Source: the human T2T-CHM13v2.0 reference genome, Homo sapiens. From it: DNA of 64,000 nucleotides. Below are positions 28,523-41,831 of the stretch, piece after piece (position 1 is the stretch's first letter; each line of letters begins with the position of its first letter). The position numbers and the translations under genes were made by a program. The DNA is taken from the NCBI RefSeq assembly GCF_009914755.1, contig NC_060931.1. The stretch is one strand, 5' to 3'. Under the pieces are notes generated by a model. That model saw only the letters and a program-made list of their open reading frames with translations. It did no database searches and had not been told where the DNA came from.

Positions 28523-28680
28523 TTTTATTTATTTTATTTTTTAGAGACAGGGTCTTGTTCTATCACCCAGGCTGGAGTGCAGTAGTGCAATCTCCTAGGT
28601 TCAAGTGATCCTCCCTCTTCAGCCTCCCCAGTTTCTAGGACTTCAGGTGCATACCATCGCACCCAGTTTCTACATATTTT
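28523..28680 (-). mobile_element. Alu monomer fragment
   Basis: agagacagggtcttgttctatcacccaggctggagtgcag. Confidence 0.8.
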
Positions 28681-29223
28681 CTCACAAAGTGACAGTGGTA
28701 AACTGATCAGTATCAAAGTCAAGAATTAGATTGAAAAAATGGGAAATCATGACACTAGAATACATAAAAAGAAGCATAAGATGCAACCAACCCTTTCTCT
28801 CCAGTTATCTGTAGCCTTTTTGGGGCAGACATAGGAATAGCACACATTATTCAGGGTTAGGTAACATAAACAAGATGAAAAGATCCCCACAGAATTTCTT
28901 GTCTATTCAATCAATTTCACATGTTGTATGTGCAGGGGCCACGCAGGGGATGGGATGGGTGGAGTGAGGGGCATGATGAAAGCACTGGAAATAAAACACC
29001 AAAAAATAATTTGTTATCATATAGAAGAACCAAGTGAGCAATCAACTGAATCATTAATATACATTTTATTTAGACGAGGAAAATCCTATGATTATTACAA
29101 TTTTTAAAATTAGATTGCTAAAAAAGTATCAGCATTGTTGGTATTATTTGTCCTGGAAGTGATTGAAGGGTCCTAGGAAAAAAAATAACTGTGTAAAGTG
29201 ATTTTTATTAAAACTATTTTTTT

Positions 29224-29758
<535 letters not shown>

Positions 29759-30439
29759 CTAGGGATCTATTGATTTCCATGATTTTACGGTTCTTAGAGT
29801 TGAAGAAATATTCAGAATTGGAAAGGAAAATCCCTTAAGTCTGCAATGAAGTCTGCAGGGCATGGGACTCTCCAAAATGCAGGATAGGTTTGGGCTACTT
29901 TGAAGCAGCCCCTAAGAAATTGTTCTTTTTATGAAGTTAATAGATTGGTGCCACCTCAACTCTTGCTGTTCACCAATACCTTTTTGGTGTGGTCAATGAG
30001 ATAACTTAATACAGCTCAAGCCCTTTCATAGCAAAAATAAATAAAAAATAATAATAATCCTGTCTACTGCCCAGTTTGTAATTCTTGATTTCACATTCCA
30101 AGAAGCCTTCAGTTTATAGAAATAGAAAGAACTGCCAGTTCCCTGCAAGCACCTTGGCCAACTTAGCCTGTAGGGTTCCCCCTTAAATGATGTATCCTTC
30201 AATTTGCTTACAAATATTTCTTTAATAGTATGTTCCTTCATTTTATTGAGTTGGGATTCCCTGTAAGTCATCCAGCCTGCAGTGCTGCTGCTCTTCCCAT
30301 GATATAAAGTCTCCTTTTGTGTGTATTTGTGGAATTTTGTTCTCCATTCAGGGTTCTTACATAGGAGAGTGATATTTGCTGGCATAACTTCTGCATTTTT
30401 AAACATCTTCAGGTTTAAAGTTTTTATTTCCCCTACATT

Positions 30440-30600
30440 ACTGTTTCTCAAAATAAAATGAGCATAGGAATCACCAGGGGATCTTGTTAAGATGCCAATT
30501 CAAATTCAGTAAATCTGGGATTGGTCCTGGGATTCTGCATTTCTAACAAGCTCCCTGGATGCTCAGGCTGCAAGTCCCTAGATCAAACTTTGAGTAGCAA
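30440..30600. mobile_element. MER5A-like (hAT-Charlie)
   Basis: tttctcaaa...aatcaccagggg...ctgcatttctaacaagctccctggatgct...ctttgagtagca. Confidence 0.7.
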
Positions 30601-30982
30601 GGATCTATCTAGTAAGTAGCTTGAGTAAGACACGGAAAGAGATGAAGATAAAGTAGCTACAGACAGACAAGAGAAGAAACTAACAGAGAGTTCATTTGTT
30701 TGGCTCTATGAGAAGATTCTACTGGCTGTCCAAAAACTAAATCCCCCACACCTGCTTTAAAACACATTCACATTCCCTCTGAAGTTAGCTGAGTTGCTTG
30801 AAGGCAAAACCAGCAGTGCAGAAATAAACCCCATTCTCCAGTATGCACAAAAGCTGATGTTGCAATTAAAGATTTGCCCTGGAATTAGTGAAAAAACAAA
30901 CTCATCATATGATTACAAGAAAGTAAATTTCTGTATGAAGAGCAGATCACTTATGTGTATGTTCACCACATGGACCTACATC

Positions 30983-30984
<2 letters not shown>

Positions 30985-31018
<34 letters not shown>

Positions 31019-31033
31019 AACACACACACGCAC
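30985..31033. repeat. (CA)n microsatellite
   Basis: Seen directly. Confidence 0.9.
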
Positions 31034-31076
31034 AGAGTCTTTAAAGACGGACTTTATTTTATGCTGTAAACCTAGA

Positions 31077-31319
31077 CTTTGGGAGGCTGAAGTGGAGGGA
31101 TTGCCTGAGTCCAGGAGTTCGAAACCAGCCTGGCAAAAATCCTGTCTCTACCAAAAATATAAAAATTAGCTGGGTCTGGTGGCACACACCTGTAGTCCCA
31201 GCTACTAGGGAGGCTGAGGATCACCTGAGCCTGGGAGGTGGAGGCTGCAGTCAGCCGTGAAGCATGCCACTGTACTCCAGCCTGGGCAAGAGAACGAGAC
31301 TCTGTCTCAAAAAAAAAAT
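31077..31319 (+). mobile_element. AluJ-like, followed by a (TA)n-rich tract to about 31405
   Basis: Diverged Alu with poly-A. Confidence 0.85.
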
Positions 31320-32958
31320 ATATGAAAAATCAACTTGCATACATATATATAATGTGTGTGTATATACAAGCACATATACATATATTATATATATATATAT
31401 ATATACTTTTAAAAGAGTAAAATATTTTACTCTTTTAAAGCATCATTGCCTCAAAAGGAGTGGTTCAGAGATAAATTTTCCCCAGGTAAAACCAACTCCT
31501 GATAAGTAGTTTATTTACTAGGGAAAGGGCCAAAAGGAAAGAGAGTTTCCTTTGTTAAATAATGGAGCCCTGACTTAAAGCCAGATGGGTTACAACACAA
31601 AGGGCTTCTGTGGAGAACTACTCCCAAATATTTACATTAACTTAAGAAAAACATGGAAGTTTAATATCTCCTTATAATTTGGGGTAGTATTAAGGGGCTA
31701 AAGGCATTTTTATTCTTTATCATTTCATTATAATCAAAATGGATTTTTAATTACTTACTTGTTAATAATAAAATCTATGTTTCCCTAATATGCTATTTAA
31801 AAGCTCACTAGTATGCTATAAAATGGTGCATTTCTCAGATATAAGCTATATTATGTTAAATATATATTAAATCTAGGTACTAGTTATATCATATTGCATT
31901 ATTTTGTTGTCCTACTAGGTTTGAGAGTTAGTCATACTTTGGATAACATTTATGGAGCTTCCATACTTCTAAAAGGTGGTCATAATTTTGTTTTGCTTGA
32001 ATAGGAGAAAACATAATCGTTGTATATTTAAATATTTTACATCTCTCAACTAGATGAAAAGTAATAATTTGTTTTACCACTTGACCATAATTTTTCTGAA
32101 AATTGCTAAGCTCAAGCTTTATAGTAAATATTTTCGGTCTTGAGTTAGGTAGGGCTGTAATTTTTACTTTTATTATTGATATAAATCTATCCAGATGAAA
32201 AATGAGCCAAATATTTATTTACCTCTCATTTCGTGCTTACTGAATACATTATCCCTTGATTATATTAGTGTTTGGCTCCGAGTTTAGACTAAGACTTCCT
32301 ATCTTTAGAGAATGGTAGCCATTATTTTGGTAGGGTTATTATAATCCACTCAATTTCATGGCAGTTAGTTTGATTTCTTATATGTCATCATAATGAGGTG
32401 ATGAATTGAAACCTGAAATTTTTCATGGACTTTAAGCACAAATGAAAATAACTCAATGAAATTTGGTTTGCTTATCACTTCACATTTTCTCAATATTTGA
32501 ACTTACCTTTATACTGATAAATCATATTGTCTTTATGAGTTTGTTTTTAATGGAATTAAAAAGAAAATATTATCTCAAAGAACAAAATTTTGCAATAAGA
32601 TAGAGTAAGATAAAGAAAGTGTACATTTTGAGAAAACCTACCTTTAAAGGCAAAATTTTTCTACATTTTCAAAAACAAGCACAAGTTTCATCAGATTTTC
32701 TAAATCCAGAATAATAATGATGACACTTTGTCCTCTGTAGCACAAATACCAATGAGACTATTTCAGGAAGTCTCTGCAACTGGAATTTTGTTTCAGAAAT
32801 CTGGTTTCAGGCAGCATCTCTCCAGATCTTCATTAAAACAGTGAAGAAGTAGGAGGAAGATGCCAGCACTTTCAGCAGCCCTACTGAATGTTGGCCTGGG
32901 GCAAGCCCCTATGCTCTAACAACTCTGCTTTAAAAGGCAGGGAGGAGAAAAATGAATG

Positions 32959-33239
32959 TTTTTGTTTTTGAGATGGAGTTTTGCTCTTGTTGCCCAGGCT
33001 GGAGTGCAATGGCATGTGGTCTCGTCTCACTGCAACCACCACCTCCTGGGTTCAAGTGATTCTCCTGCCTCAGCCTCCCAAGTACCTGGGATTACAGGAG
33101 CCCGCCACCACACCGGGCTAATTTTTGTATTTTTAGTAGACATGAGTTTCACCGTGTTGGCCAGGCTGACCTCAGGTGATCTGCTTGCCTTGGCCTCCCA
33201 AAGTGCTGGGATTACAGGCATGAGCTACTGTGCCCAGCC
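32959..33239 (-). mobile_element. AluS
   Basis: Antisense Alu dimer. Confidence 0.9.
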
Positions 33240-33715
33240 AAAAATTAATGTTTTAAAGAGTGATTTTTGTCAGAAATTACTGAAATATAAAAGCTGGCAC
33301 TCTAAAGGCTAGTTTCAGCTACCTAAAATCAATCATTCTTTTAGGTTTCATCAGCCAAGAATTCTGAGGAAAGGTGGTGGCCTAATTATTATTTCAGTAA
33401 GATAAATTATCAACTGTTTTGAAAATCACATTCTCTTTTAAGGCAAGAGAATGTATCTGTGACCACCCCGAGCCCCTCTCTCTGAGGCCCTCTGTCAGGC
33501 ATCATATTTGAGAATCTTCATCTAGAAGTTTGCATTTGATTTGTGATTAAGGGATTTTTGTTTTTGTTACCAACTGTTTAATGGAAATTTTAATATACTG
33601 TATAAAGCTTTCTGAGAAAGAAGTAATAAATGGCAAAAATAGTAAGTATCAAAAAGTTAGATTAAAACTTATAAAATTGAAAGCCAAAACAAAAAACCTC
33701 TAATGACCACACATA

Positions 33716-34146
33716 TGTGATATAGATTTGAGTTCTTCATACATCCCTTGCCATGGCTTCATCATTGGTGGCAATTCCATCCCCATCCCTTGATGTTGGG
33801 CTAAGTCACTTGACTTGCCTTGGCCAAGGGAATAAGGCAGAAGTGACAATGTGCCTCTCCAAGTCTGGGCTTTTAGAAGCCTTGTATGTTTTTTCTTGTC
33901 CTCTTATGCCACTGCTGCTTCATGGAGCATGGGAAGAATGTGCCCCAATCATCTTGCTAGTGCAAGGAGGAGGAGAGATGTACCAAGCGGTGAGAGGTGG
34001 ATCTGCTCCAGGCACCTCCCCTAGATCAGCCAAGCCCCAGCCAACCCAACCCATAGCTCTATGATAAAAATGGTGGTTGTTTAGAGCACTGAGTTTTGTA
34101 GTAGTTTACTTAAGCAGTATTATTGCAGCAATAATTGATTGGTACA
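33716..34146 (+). mobile_element. MaLR LTR (old MLT1 family)
   Basis: ttgggctaagtcacttgacttgccttggccaa...gcagaagtgaca and terminal gcactgagttttg...gcaataattgattggtaca. Confidence 0.65.
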
Positions 34147-37100
34147 CTCTAAAATGTAGTCTTAAAATAAATATGTGTCAGATATATGATGACAAAAACA
34201 TGTTGGGTCACTTCATCTTTCACTTTCAATTGGCTGTTGTGATATCCTTTAGACAGGGCCATAAAGCCACATCTGCACTACTGGCCTAGCAGTCACAATA
34301 TGGCTATTCCTCTAGCAATTTTAGCTAGGACACACAAAAAAATTGCACTTTCAACATAGGATTTGCTACTCAAAAGCTTTCTTAAGAATTAACCTTATTT
34401 CCACTGTATTAAATAACCAATCAGATTTATTTTGTATTGAATAACAAAATATTTTACAAATAAAATTGTAAAGTGACATAGGAAATGCTAAAGACTAAAC
34501 ATATTCTTTCACTATCAATATTTGGAGTTAATTAAGTTAAAAAGCCTTAATCAAGGCTACCAATGAAATGTAAATATTGGCAGAAGTTCTGAAATTACAT
34601 ATGTGAAATTTGAGTTCGAGGGTTTGTTGTTAACTCAGAAACAGCAGCTCTTAGAGATGTTACCAGCAAAAATCTTGGCAAGATTTGGTTGAAGGGAAAG
34701 AGGGGAAGATTAGGGAAGGATGACACTTCCGAAGTTTCACTAATGATCTTTTCTGGTTGCCCCTGGAACTTTCCCCTACCCCATCTACCCTTGTGGAAGA
34801 ATTTTTATAGCATAAAAGCAGAGATAAGGCTTTCCTTAATTCCAAAATCCTGGTCCTGGGGGATTCATGGCATGAAAATATTGGTGGGCGATGTAAGAAC
34901 AAGGCTTCCTGCTCAAGGGAGAAGAAATTGAGAAAAGATGCAAAGTAGTTTTTGACAGGGGTGTTTCTAGGGTGGGCCCTGATAAATTAAGAGGATCGGA
35001 AAGCAAAGATGTCTGTGCCTTCTGTTTCAAGATAGGGCACATGGAGGCAGTGACACCCTGGAGCTTCTCTGCACCATGACAGAGCATAGGACTCATTCTG
35101 TTCTCTACATCGCACTCAACATAGGAGGTTCCACTATGCTGTATCAGACCTACCCATCCAGATTCATCAGATTTGCTTGCAGAGAGCCCCAAGAAAGGAA
35201 CAGAAATAGCAAGAAAGTGTCTCTGGCCCAAAGAGGCACATTCAATGAGCTTGAAGGACAGTGCAGCTCTTGTTCTCCTGAATGGATCAATAACCAAGGA
35301 CGGACAGAGTGACATACTCATCAGCAGATGCCAAGATGCACAGCTAAGGAAGAAACCCTCCTCCACAGACACACCCAAGATTCCTGGTCACATCATAAGC
35401 CCCTAGAATTTAGGACAAAATGGAAGAAACTAGAAACTGACTGAAATTAAGTTTCTGCCACCTGAAGGAATGGGGCTTTGTAAAAGAAATTAAGACCAGT
35501 TACAGAAAAAGAGAAAGTTACAATTCACATGGGACTTTGACAGTTTCCATAATGTTTTCTGTTTAAAAAGCTCTGGAGTAAATAAGGCAAAATGATACTT
35601 AATCAAGCTGGGTGGCAGGTGTCCATCATACAATTTGCCATATTTCAGATAATTGAACTATTTTACAATAAAAATACTTTGAAATAAAATATGTTTATTT
35701 GAATCTTAAATTTGTGGACTAAAATGTGTTCCCTCAACCTTAGCAACTATTGTGCTTTAGGCAGTATTCTCAGAGCTTCAAATACATCACCTCACTAAAG
35801 TTTACAAACTCCTATTGGGTAGATATCAGTAGTATTTTTCATTTTGTAAATAAAGTGAAGTTAATTTAAATAAATAGTAGGAAAAGAAAACTCTTAGCCA
35901 TCTTGATCAGAAAGATTTTTAAAACACAAAATCGCTGTTTGCTTGCTTTTTTTTTGAAGAAAATAAGTGGGAAAAAATTATTTAAAATACTCAAAGTGGA
36001 AAAGCCCAATCCACAGAAGCTTCAAGTTAGAACAAGGTGAGGAAGGGGTCAGGTGATGTGGCAAGTCTTCATCCAGAAAGCCATTTCCTTCCACATATGA
36101 AATGGGCAACTGTAGGAAGGAGGCCTCAATGGGATTCAGCAGATGCAATGAATAGCAGAAGGCCTATGGGGTGGTGATGCTGATAAACAGGGTAAATACT
36201 GAGCTGAACTCAGAGATCATTAAAAGATGACATGTTTATGCACTTACACACAGATGGTTAAAATGTTGGCATGTTTATACACTTGCATGTAAATAGTCAC
36301 CGCTCTGAAATGTACGTTGCCCTTCCCCTGAGGACCCTTAACTTCCTAATGATTCAGCAACTAACCAGCAGTACTCTAATGCACAGCTCCAGTGCCACGG
36401 CTGAAGTTTGAAATGATTGGTTGGTGGCTCTGCCATACTGATTATAATATCATACCTGGTGATAACTCCTATTATAACCCAAGCTGGAATTCCTTCTCTG
36501 AACGCATTGCCAGAGGCACATTTGGGAAGTCTCGGACTGCTGAGTGTTGGGAAATGTTGGAAAGATGCCTGCTTCTTAACACTATTGATATCACTGAGAG
36601 TGGTCAAACCTTTAGATTCCAAATCTTATAGTGGTAGTTAAAAAAAAGTAGCCAAGAATGTGAAAAGAACCCATGGTGGCAGGGATGGGAAGAGGAAGTT
36701 GTACCAGAGCAAAGCGACATAGAGAAGGAGATGAGAGAACATGAAAAGCAACGAATTTCACAATTTTGCCATAAGCTGACCCTGACTAGCCTACTTAAGA
36801 ACCTCATGTCTCAGAAGTTGCTAACGGGTTCTCTAGTGATTTATCAACTGTAAAATGTTTCATTATCCAACAATCTCCTTAGGAAAAGGTATTTTTAATG
36901 TATTTAAGCTCTAGTATCCTCATCGCTCAGATGGTTGGTTTGGTTCGCCTGAGTGACTTTTAGATCTGTATTTCTAGTGCCCTCTAATCCATGGGATGAC
37001 CTTTAATGCTGCTTCCAAAAAAGAAAAATATTAGAGGGCAAATGAATTGCCAAATACTCATTTTTTAAGTAAATGATTTGGAGAAAGTTATTAACTCGCC

Positions 37101-37823
37101 TCCAAGCCCAAAGTTACCTGTGTGAGAATCAAACAAAAACAATTTTGCTTATATCATCTATTCATTTCCAATTTTGTACCTATGCTAACAATGTTCTTCT
37201 TCTCCTTTTATTTCTCATAAATCGAGAGCAGTTTCCCTAAGTCAGCTATTATAACCAGACTAAGATGTGTTTCTCTTTGGTGCCAGCTTCTTGTTGAGGC
37301 AGGTTAATGAAGAGTTTGTGGTTTTTCCTCTCATTAGGAATGCATTTTGGCATTGACAACGCTTCACTGATCATTATGATTCCATGTGTTGCTGTTGATT
37401 AGACTTTTCTACATGGACTTTCCCAGCGAGATTGCTTTCCCTCGGTTGAGTACTAGTTAAGCGTTCACTTAAAGGCCTCCCTGGAAAGTCCTTTTCTTGC
37501 TGGAATGCAGGACAAGCTCCCTCTGTGTTCCTGTTGACTTTTTTCACAGTTAACATTACTCATCACAGCTGAAGACTGAATAACAATAGATGGGAAGTGG
37601 TTTCCACATTTTTCCATAGAACGTAACCCCAGTTGACTTGTATGAAGGAAAAATTAAATGAATTTATGGCAGTCATTAGAGGTGGGCTAGGTACTATAGA
37701 ACATATTGAACCTGACAGTCCTTTTCTAGTGTATTGTATTTGTTAATATTTGTTAATATAATTTGTTCAAAGAATTTAGAAATGCAATCTGACAGAAATG
37801 AAATTAAGAAAACGCAACTTTTT

Positions 37824-38107
37824 GGCCAGTTGTAGTGGCTCACGCCTGTAATCCCAACACATTAGGAGACTAGGGCAAGAGGATTGCTTGAGGCCAGGAG
37901 TTTGAGACCAGACAGGGTAACAGAGTGAGACCCCCGTCTCTACAAACACTTTTTAAAAATATTAGCAGGGTGTGGTGGTGCACACCTATAGTTTCAACAT
38001 TCTATCAGGAAACTGAAGTGGATCACTTGGGCCCAAGAGGTCCAGGCTGCAGTGACCTATGAATGCACCACTGCATTCCAGCTTGGGTGACAGAGGACAC
38101 CCTGTCA
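37824..38107 (+). mobile_element. AluJ-like
   Basis: Diverged Alu dimer. Confidence 0.85.
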
Positions 38108-38172
38108 GAAAAAAAAGAAAAAAAGAAAAGGAAGGAAGGAAGGAAAGAAGGAAGGAAGGAAGGAAGGAAGGA

Positions 38173-38220
<48 letters not shown>

Positions 38221-38268
38221 AAAGAAAGGAAGGAAGGAAGGAAGGAAGGAAGGAAGGAAGGAAGAAAG
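38108..38268. repeat. Compound (GGAA)n/(GAAA)n tetranucleotide STR
   Basis: Seen directly. Confidence 0.95.
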
Positions 38269-38319
38269 ACCCTAATTATTTGTTTATTCATAAATAAGCT
38301 TATTTTAAAGCATTCCAAA

Positions 38320-38545
38320 TTTTTTAACTTTTATTTTAGGTTCAAGAGTACATGTGCAGGTTTGTTAAATTTTGTGTCACAGGGATTCGTTGTACAGATT
38401 ATTTCATCACCCAGCTACAAAGCCTACTCCCCAATAGTTATTTTTCTGCTCCTCTCCCTCCCCGACGCTCCACCCCTCAAGTGGGCCCCAGTGCCTGTTT
38501 TTTCCCTATTTGTTTCCATGAGTTCTCATCATTTAGCTCCCACTA
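38320..38545 (-). mobile_element. L1PA (older primate) 3' end
   Basis: aacttttattttaggttcaagagtacatgtgcaggtttgtt...gttctcatcatttagctcccact. Confidence 0.85.
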
Positions 38546-40094
38546 ATGTGGTATTTGGGAAAATCCAACTTTTGAAAGATCTTTAGTCTGCTAATCATGA
38601 ATGGCCAACATAATTACAGGCATGCCAACATTTGTAACATTGTGACACTTTCCCTGCCATTCTTAGTTAAAACTGATCTTTTGTTCCAAAAATTTTTGCT
38701 ACCAACAATAGCCTGTCCTTTATAGTTCTTTTATACTTTTGTGTCTTCTCTCTAACTAAATAATCAACTCTTTCAGCATTCCATCCATTTCCCTTTCTCC
38801 TCCCTCTTACTCCCAACCCACATTCCCCTCTCCATTTTAATTTTAACCTGTGCCCCTTCAAGTGTACTCCAGCTTTTTTTTTTTAAATAATTTCAAGTGA
38901 TACTTTGACTTTTGACTGCATATGGAAGCGTAAGTAACATGTCCTTTCATTTTTGGATAATGAGTTTCCTGATTAATTACAGCTCAAGAGTAAAATGACT
39001 GATTACTATTTAATTCATTTTGTGCTTCTTTACAATAAAGTAAAGACAGAAGCCCCAGATTCAGGAACAGACAAAATACTTTAATCGCTATCACATTTTT
39101 TTTAAGTCTAGTCAATTAGAAAAGTCAAATCTTTCCTCACAGCCAAGCACATTAAAAAAAAATCTTCTCTGGTAATAAACTTGAAGCTTTAAATAATTCT
39201 ACAATTATAAACATTTTGTGTATTTTGCAAATATGGCATAACCTGTTGGCATAAAATTCCATTGTTCCAGAAAATATCGGTAATAAAATTATAGAAAAGT
39301 TAAAGATCTTCATTTCTTATTTCGAAGCGTTTGGGAGACATTTCAGAAACGGATGGGAAATGTTAAATTCTGCATGCCTGCTTAAGTTTCCATCCACACC
39401 GACTAGATGTAAACGAGTGTCACCAAAAGTACACCACAGGCACCCACACAGATTCCTTCCATAAGGGATCCACAAAGTTTAGATGTGAAATGTACCTAAA
39501 GGTTCCTAGCCGTCTTTCATCCCTCCCTCTGTGAAACAGGGAGACACATGTGTTTTAAGGCAGAGATGGAACTTGGGCGATGGGCGGGGGGTGGGGGAGG
39601 TGGGAAGGGACGGCTTAGGACAGGGCAGGATTGTGGATTGTTTCTGCCGCCTTGGTTGCCCATACTGGGCATCTCTGCAGGCGCGTCGGCTCCCTCCACC
39701 CCTGCTGAGATGATGCACTGCGAAAACATTCGCTCTCCCCGGGACGCCTCTCGGTGGTTCAGAGCAGGGAAAATGTTGCCTCAGGTTTAAAATAATCTGC
39801 CCAAGCACCCCAGCGCGGGAGAAACGTTCTCACTCGCTCTCTGCTCGCTGCGGGCGCTCCCCGCCCTCTGCTGCCAGAACCTTGGGGATGTGCCTAGACC
39901 CGGCGCAGCACACGTCCGGGCCAACCGCGAGCAGAACAAACCTTTGGCGGGCGGCCAGGAGGCTCCCTCCCAGCCACCGCCCCCCTCCAGCGCCTTTTTT
40001 TCCCCCCATACAATACAAGATCTTCCTTCCTCAGTTCCCTTAAAGCACAGCCCAGGGAAACCTCCTCACAGTTTTCATCCAGCCACGGGCCAGC

Positions 40095-40124
40095 ATGTCT
40101 GGGGGCAAATACGTAGACTCGGAG
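40095..40124 (+). CDS. CAV1: Caveolin-1 exon 1 coding part (aa 1-10, alpha isoform)
   Basis: ATG TCT GGG GGC AAA TAC GTA GAC TCG GAG = MSGGKYVDSE. Donor GAG|GTAGGC. Confidence 0.98.
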
Positions 40125-41558
40125 GTAGGCATCCGTGGGGGGGCGCCGGCTCGGGCGTGCGGGGAGTGTCCGCTTCTGCTATCTGCCTCTCCAAATATCC
40201 CGACTGCTGCTCTGGCCCCCCAGCCCTCTCTCCACTTCGGAGCACTCCTCTGGCGTTGGCACCGCTGAGGAATGGGCCTGGGCGGGGAGGTGAAGAGAAG
40301 CCAGGAATGTTTTATGTTTTCCTAATGGAGAGGGGGCCTCGGGAGCCCCTGAGCTAGGAGGACACGGAAAAGGGGATTGGGGTCCTGAGATTGGGTCTGT
40401 TGGGCCCAGGACGCGTTTTCTGGATGGGTCTAGGATGCTCCCCTGTCGCGGGACCCCCGCGGTCCGGCCCTGCCTGCTGGGGGTTCGAAGAGGTGGAGTG
40501 CAGGGTGGAGGTGTTATTTACCCGAGTCCTGGGGACAGTCCCCGGGACTCTCCGCCAGGCGCCCAGACCGGCAGGTCCCGCAGGCGGCGCGCGGTGTGTT
40601 TGCACTTTCCAAAGTTCTTGAACCATCTCAAGAACTCCTTCTGCATCTTGGCGTCTGGCAGGGGTGTTCCGAGAGAGGTAGACCTCCCCTCCCCAAACTG
40701 CCACCATCACTTCCAACGCCCTCCACGCGCTGGAGCTCTGCCCGGGTGTGGAAACCTCGTCTTCCAACACGTAGCTGCCCTTCAGCCACCCGCCCGCAGC
40801 CTGGGAGTGCCCTGAGGGTGGGTCGGGGGAGCTGCGCAGGTGAGACTGAGTTCTAGGACATTTAGGGGGTCTGGTGCCTGGCTCCGCCAAAAATGGGGAC
40901 TTTCGGGATTGTGATCATCACGGCGGATTGAGCAGGGAGAGCCGTGGAGGGACAAGAGAGGGCCGAGGCAGGGTGGGGGGCGCGGGCAGGTGCGAGGGGG
41001 ATGCGGCCAAGAAGCAGCGATAAAGGGAACATTCCACGGGTCGGGCGGCTGCTGTTGGATCTTAGATAAAGCTGGAAGGGATTACCGGGGCAGGGGTAAT
41101 AGGGACCGGGGACGGGAACGCGAAACAGGTGAAGCGCTCAGGGCGAGAGCGACTCGGCTTAGGGAGTCCGGGAGAAGCCTGCGGCTGCCCCCTCGCCGCC
41201 GAGGTCCTGCGGGTCCTGCGGGTCCTGCGTGCTGAGCCGGGGCGTGCGCGGGCGGGGGCCTTCGGACCGCGCGGCGGGGCCTGCCCTGACCCCTGGCGGC
41301 GGGCGGGGGAGGCAGGCGCGCCCTGCAGAGTACAGAGGGGTGTGGTGTCCTCTGCGAGATCCTCTTAAAAAGCTGGCTACGCGCAGGCGGTTTCTGTGCA
41401 CGGAGCCGTAGCTGTCGGAGCGGTTAGTTCGATTTCGAGCTCGAGGTTTCCCCCGCCGCCAGGCTGACTTCTCATCGCTTGTTTTTCTTTTTGCATTTTT
41501 CCTCCCACCGCCGTTGCCGCCCTCCCCGTCCTGGCCGTCCGCCCTCCGCCCTCTGCAG

Positions 41559-41723
41559 GGACATCTCTACACCGTTCCCATCCGGGAACAGGGCAACATC
41601 TACAAGCCCAACAACAAGGCCATGGCAGACGAGCTGAGCGAGAAGCAAGTGTACGACGCGCACACCAAGGAGATCGACCTGGTCAACCGCGACCCTAAAC
41701 ACCTCAACGATGACGTGGTCAAG
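41559..41723 (+). CDS. CAV1: Caveolin-1 exon 2 (aa 11-65). Tyr14 codon at 41568-41570; beta-isoform Met32 at 41622.
   Basis: Acceptor ccctctgcag|GGA. Encodes [55 protein letters not shown]. Donor AAG|GTAAGC. Confidence 0.99.
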
Positions 41724-41831
41724 GTAAGCCAAGGCGACCAACAGGGAAGGGCTGGGACAGCTCTCCTCTGGCAGTTAGCCCGTGCATCCTTCTTTAGCAT
41801 TGCCGTGTACGCACACCCCACCCCGCCCCCT

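Noticed and set aside
30026-30451. 141-aa antisense ORF
   Set aside because: Begins at a non-ATG codon in the MER5-like terminus. No homology or splice context I can support.
37600-37800. Approximate area of the glaucoma-associated CAV1/CAV2 intergenic GWAS variant
   Set aside because: The association is known for the locus, but I cannot place the base or allele from sequence alone.
37986-38586. Lys/Glu/Arg-rich 175-aa ORF and its antisense partner
   Set aside because: Derived from Alu, (GAAA/GGAA)n and L1 sequence.
39890-41411. Multiple 60-178-aa ORFs in the CAV1 CpG island
   Set aside because: GC-driven stop scarcity. None matches caveolin or another family I know.
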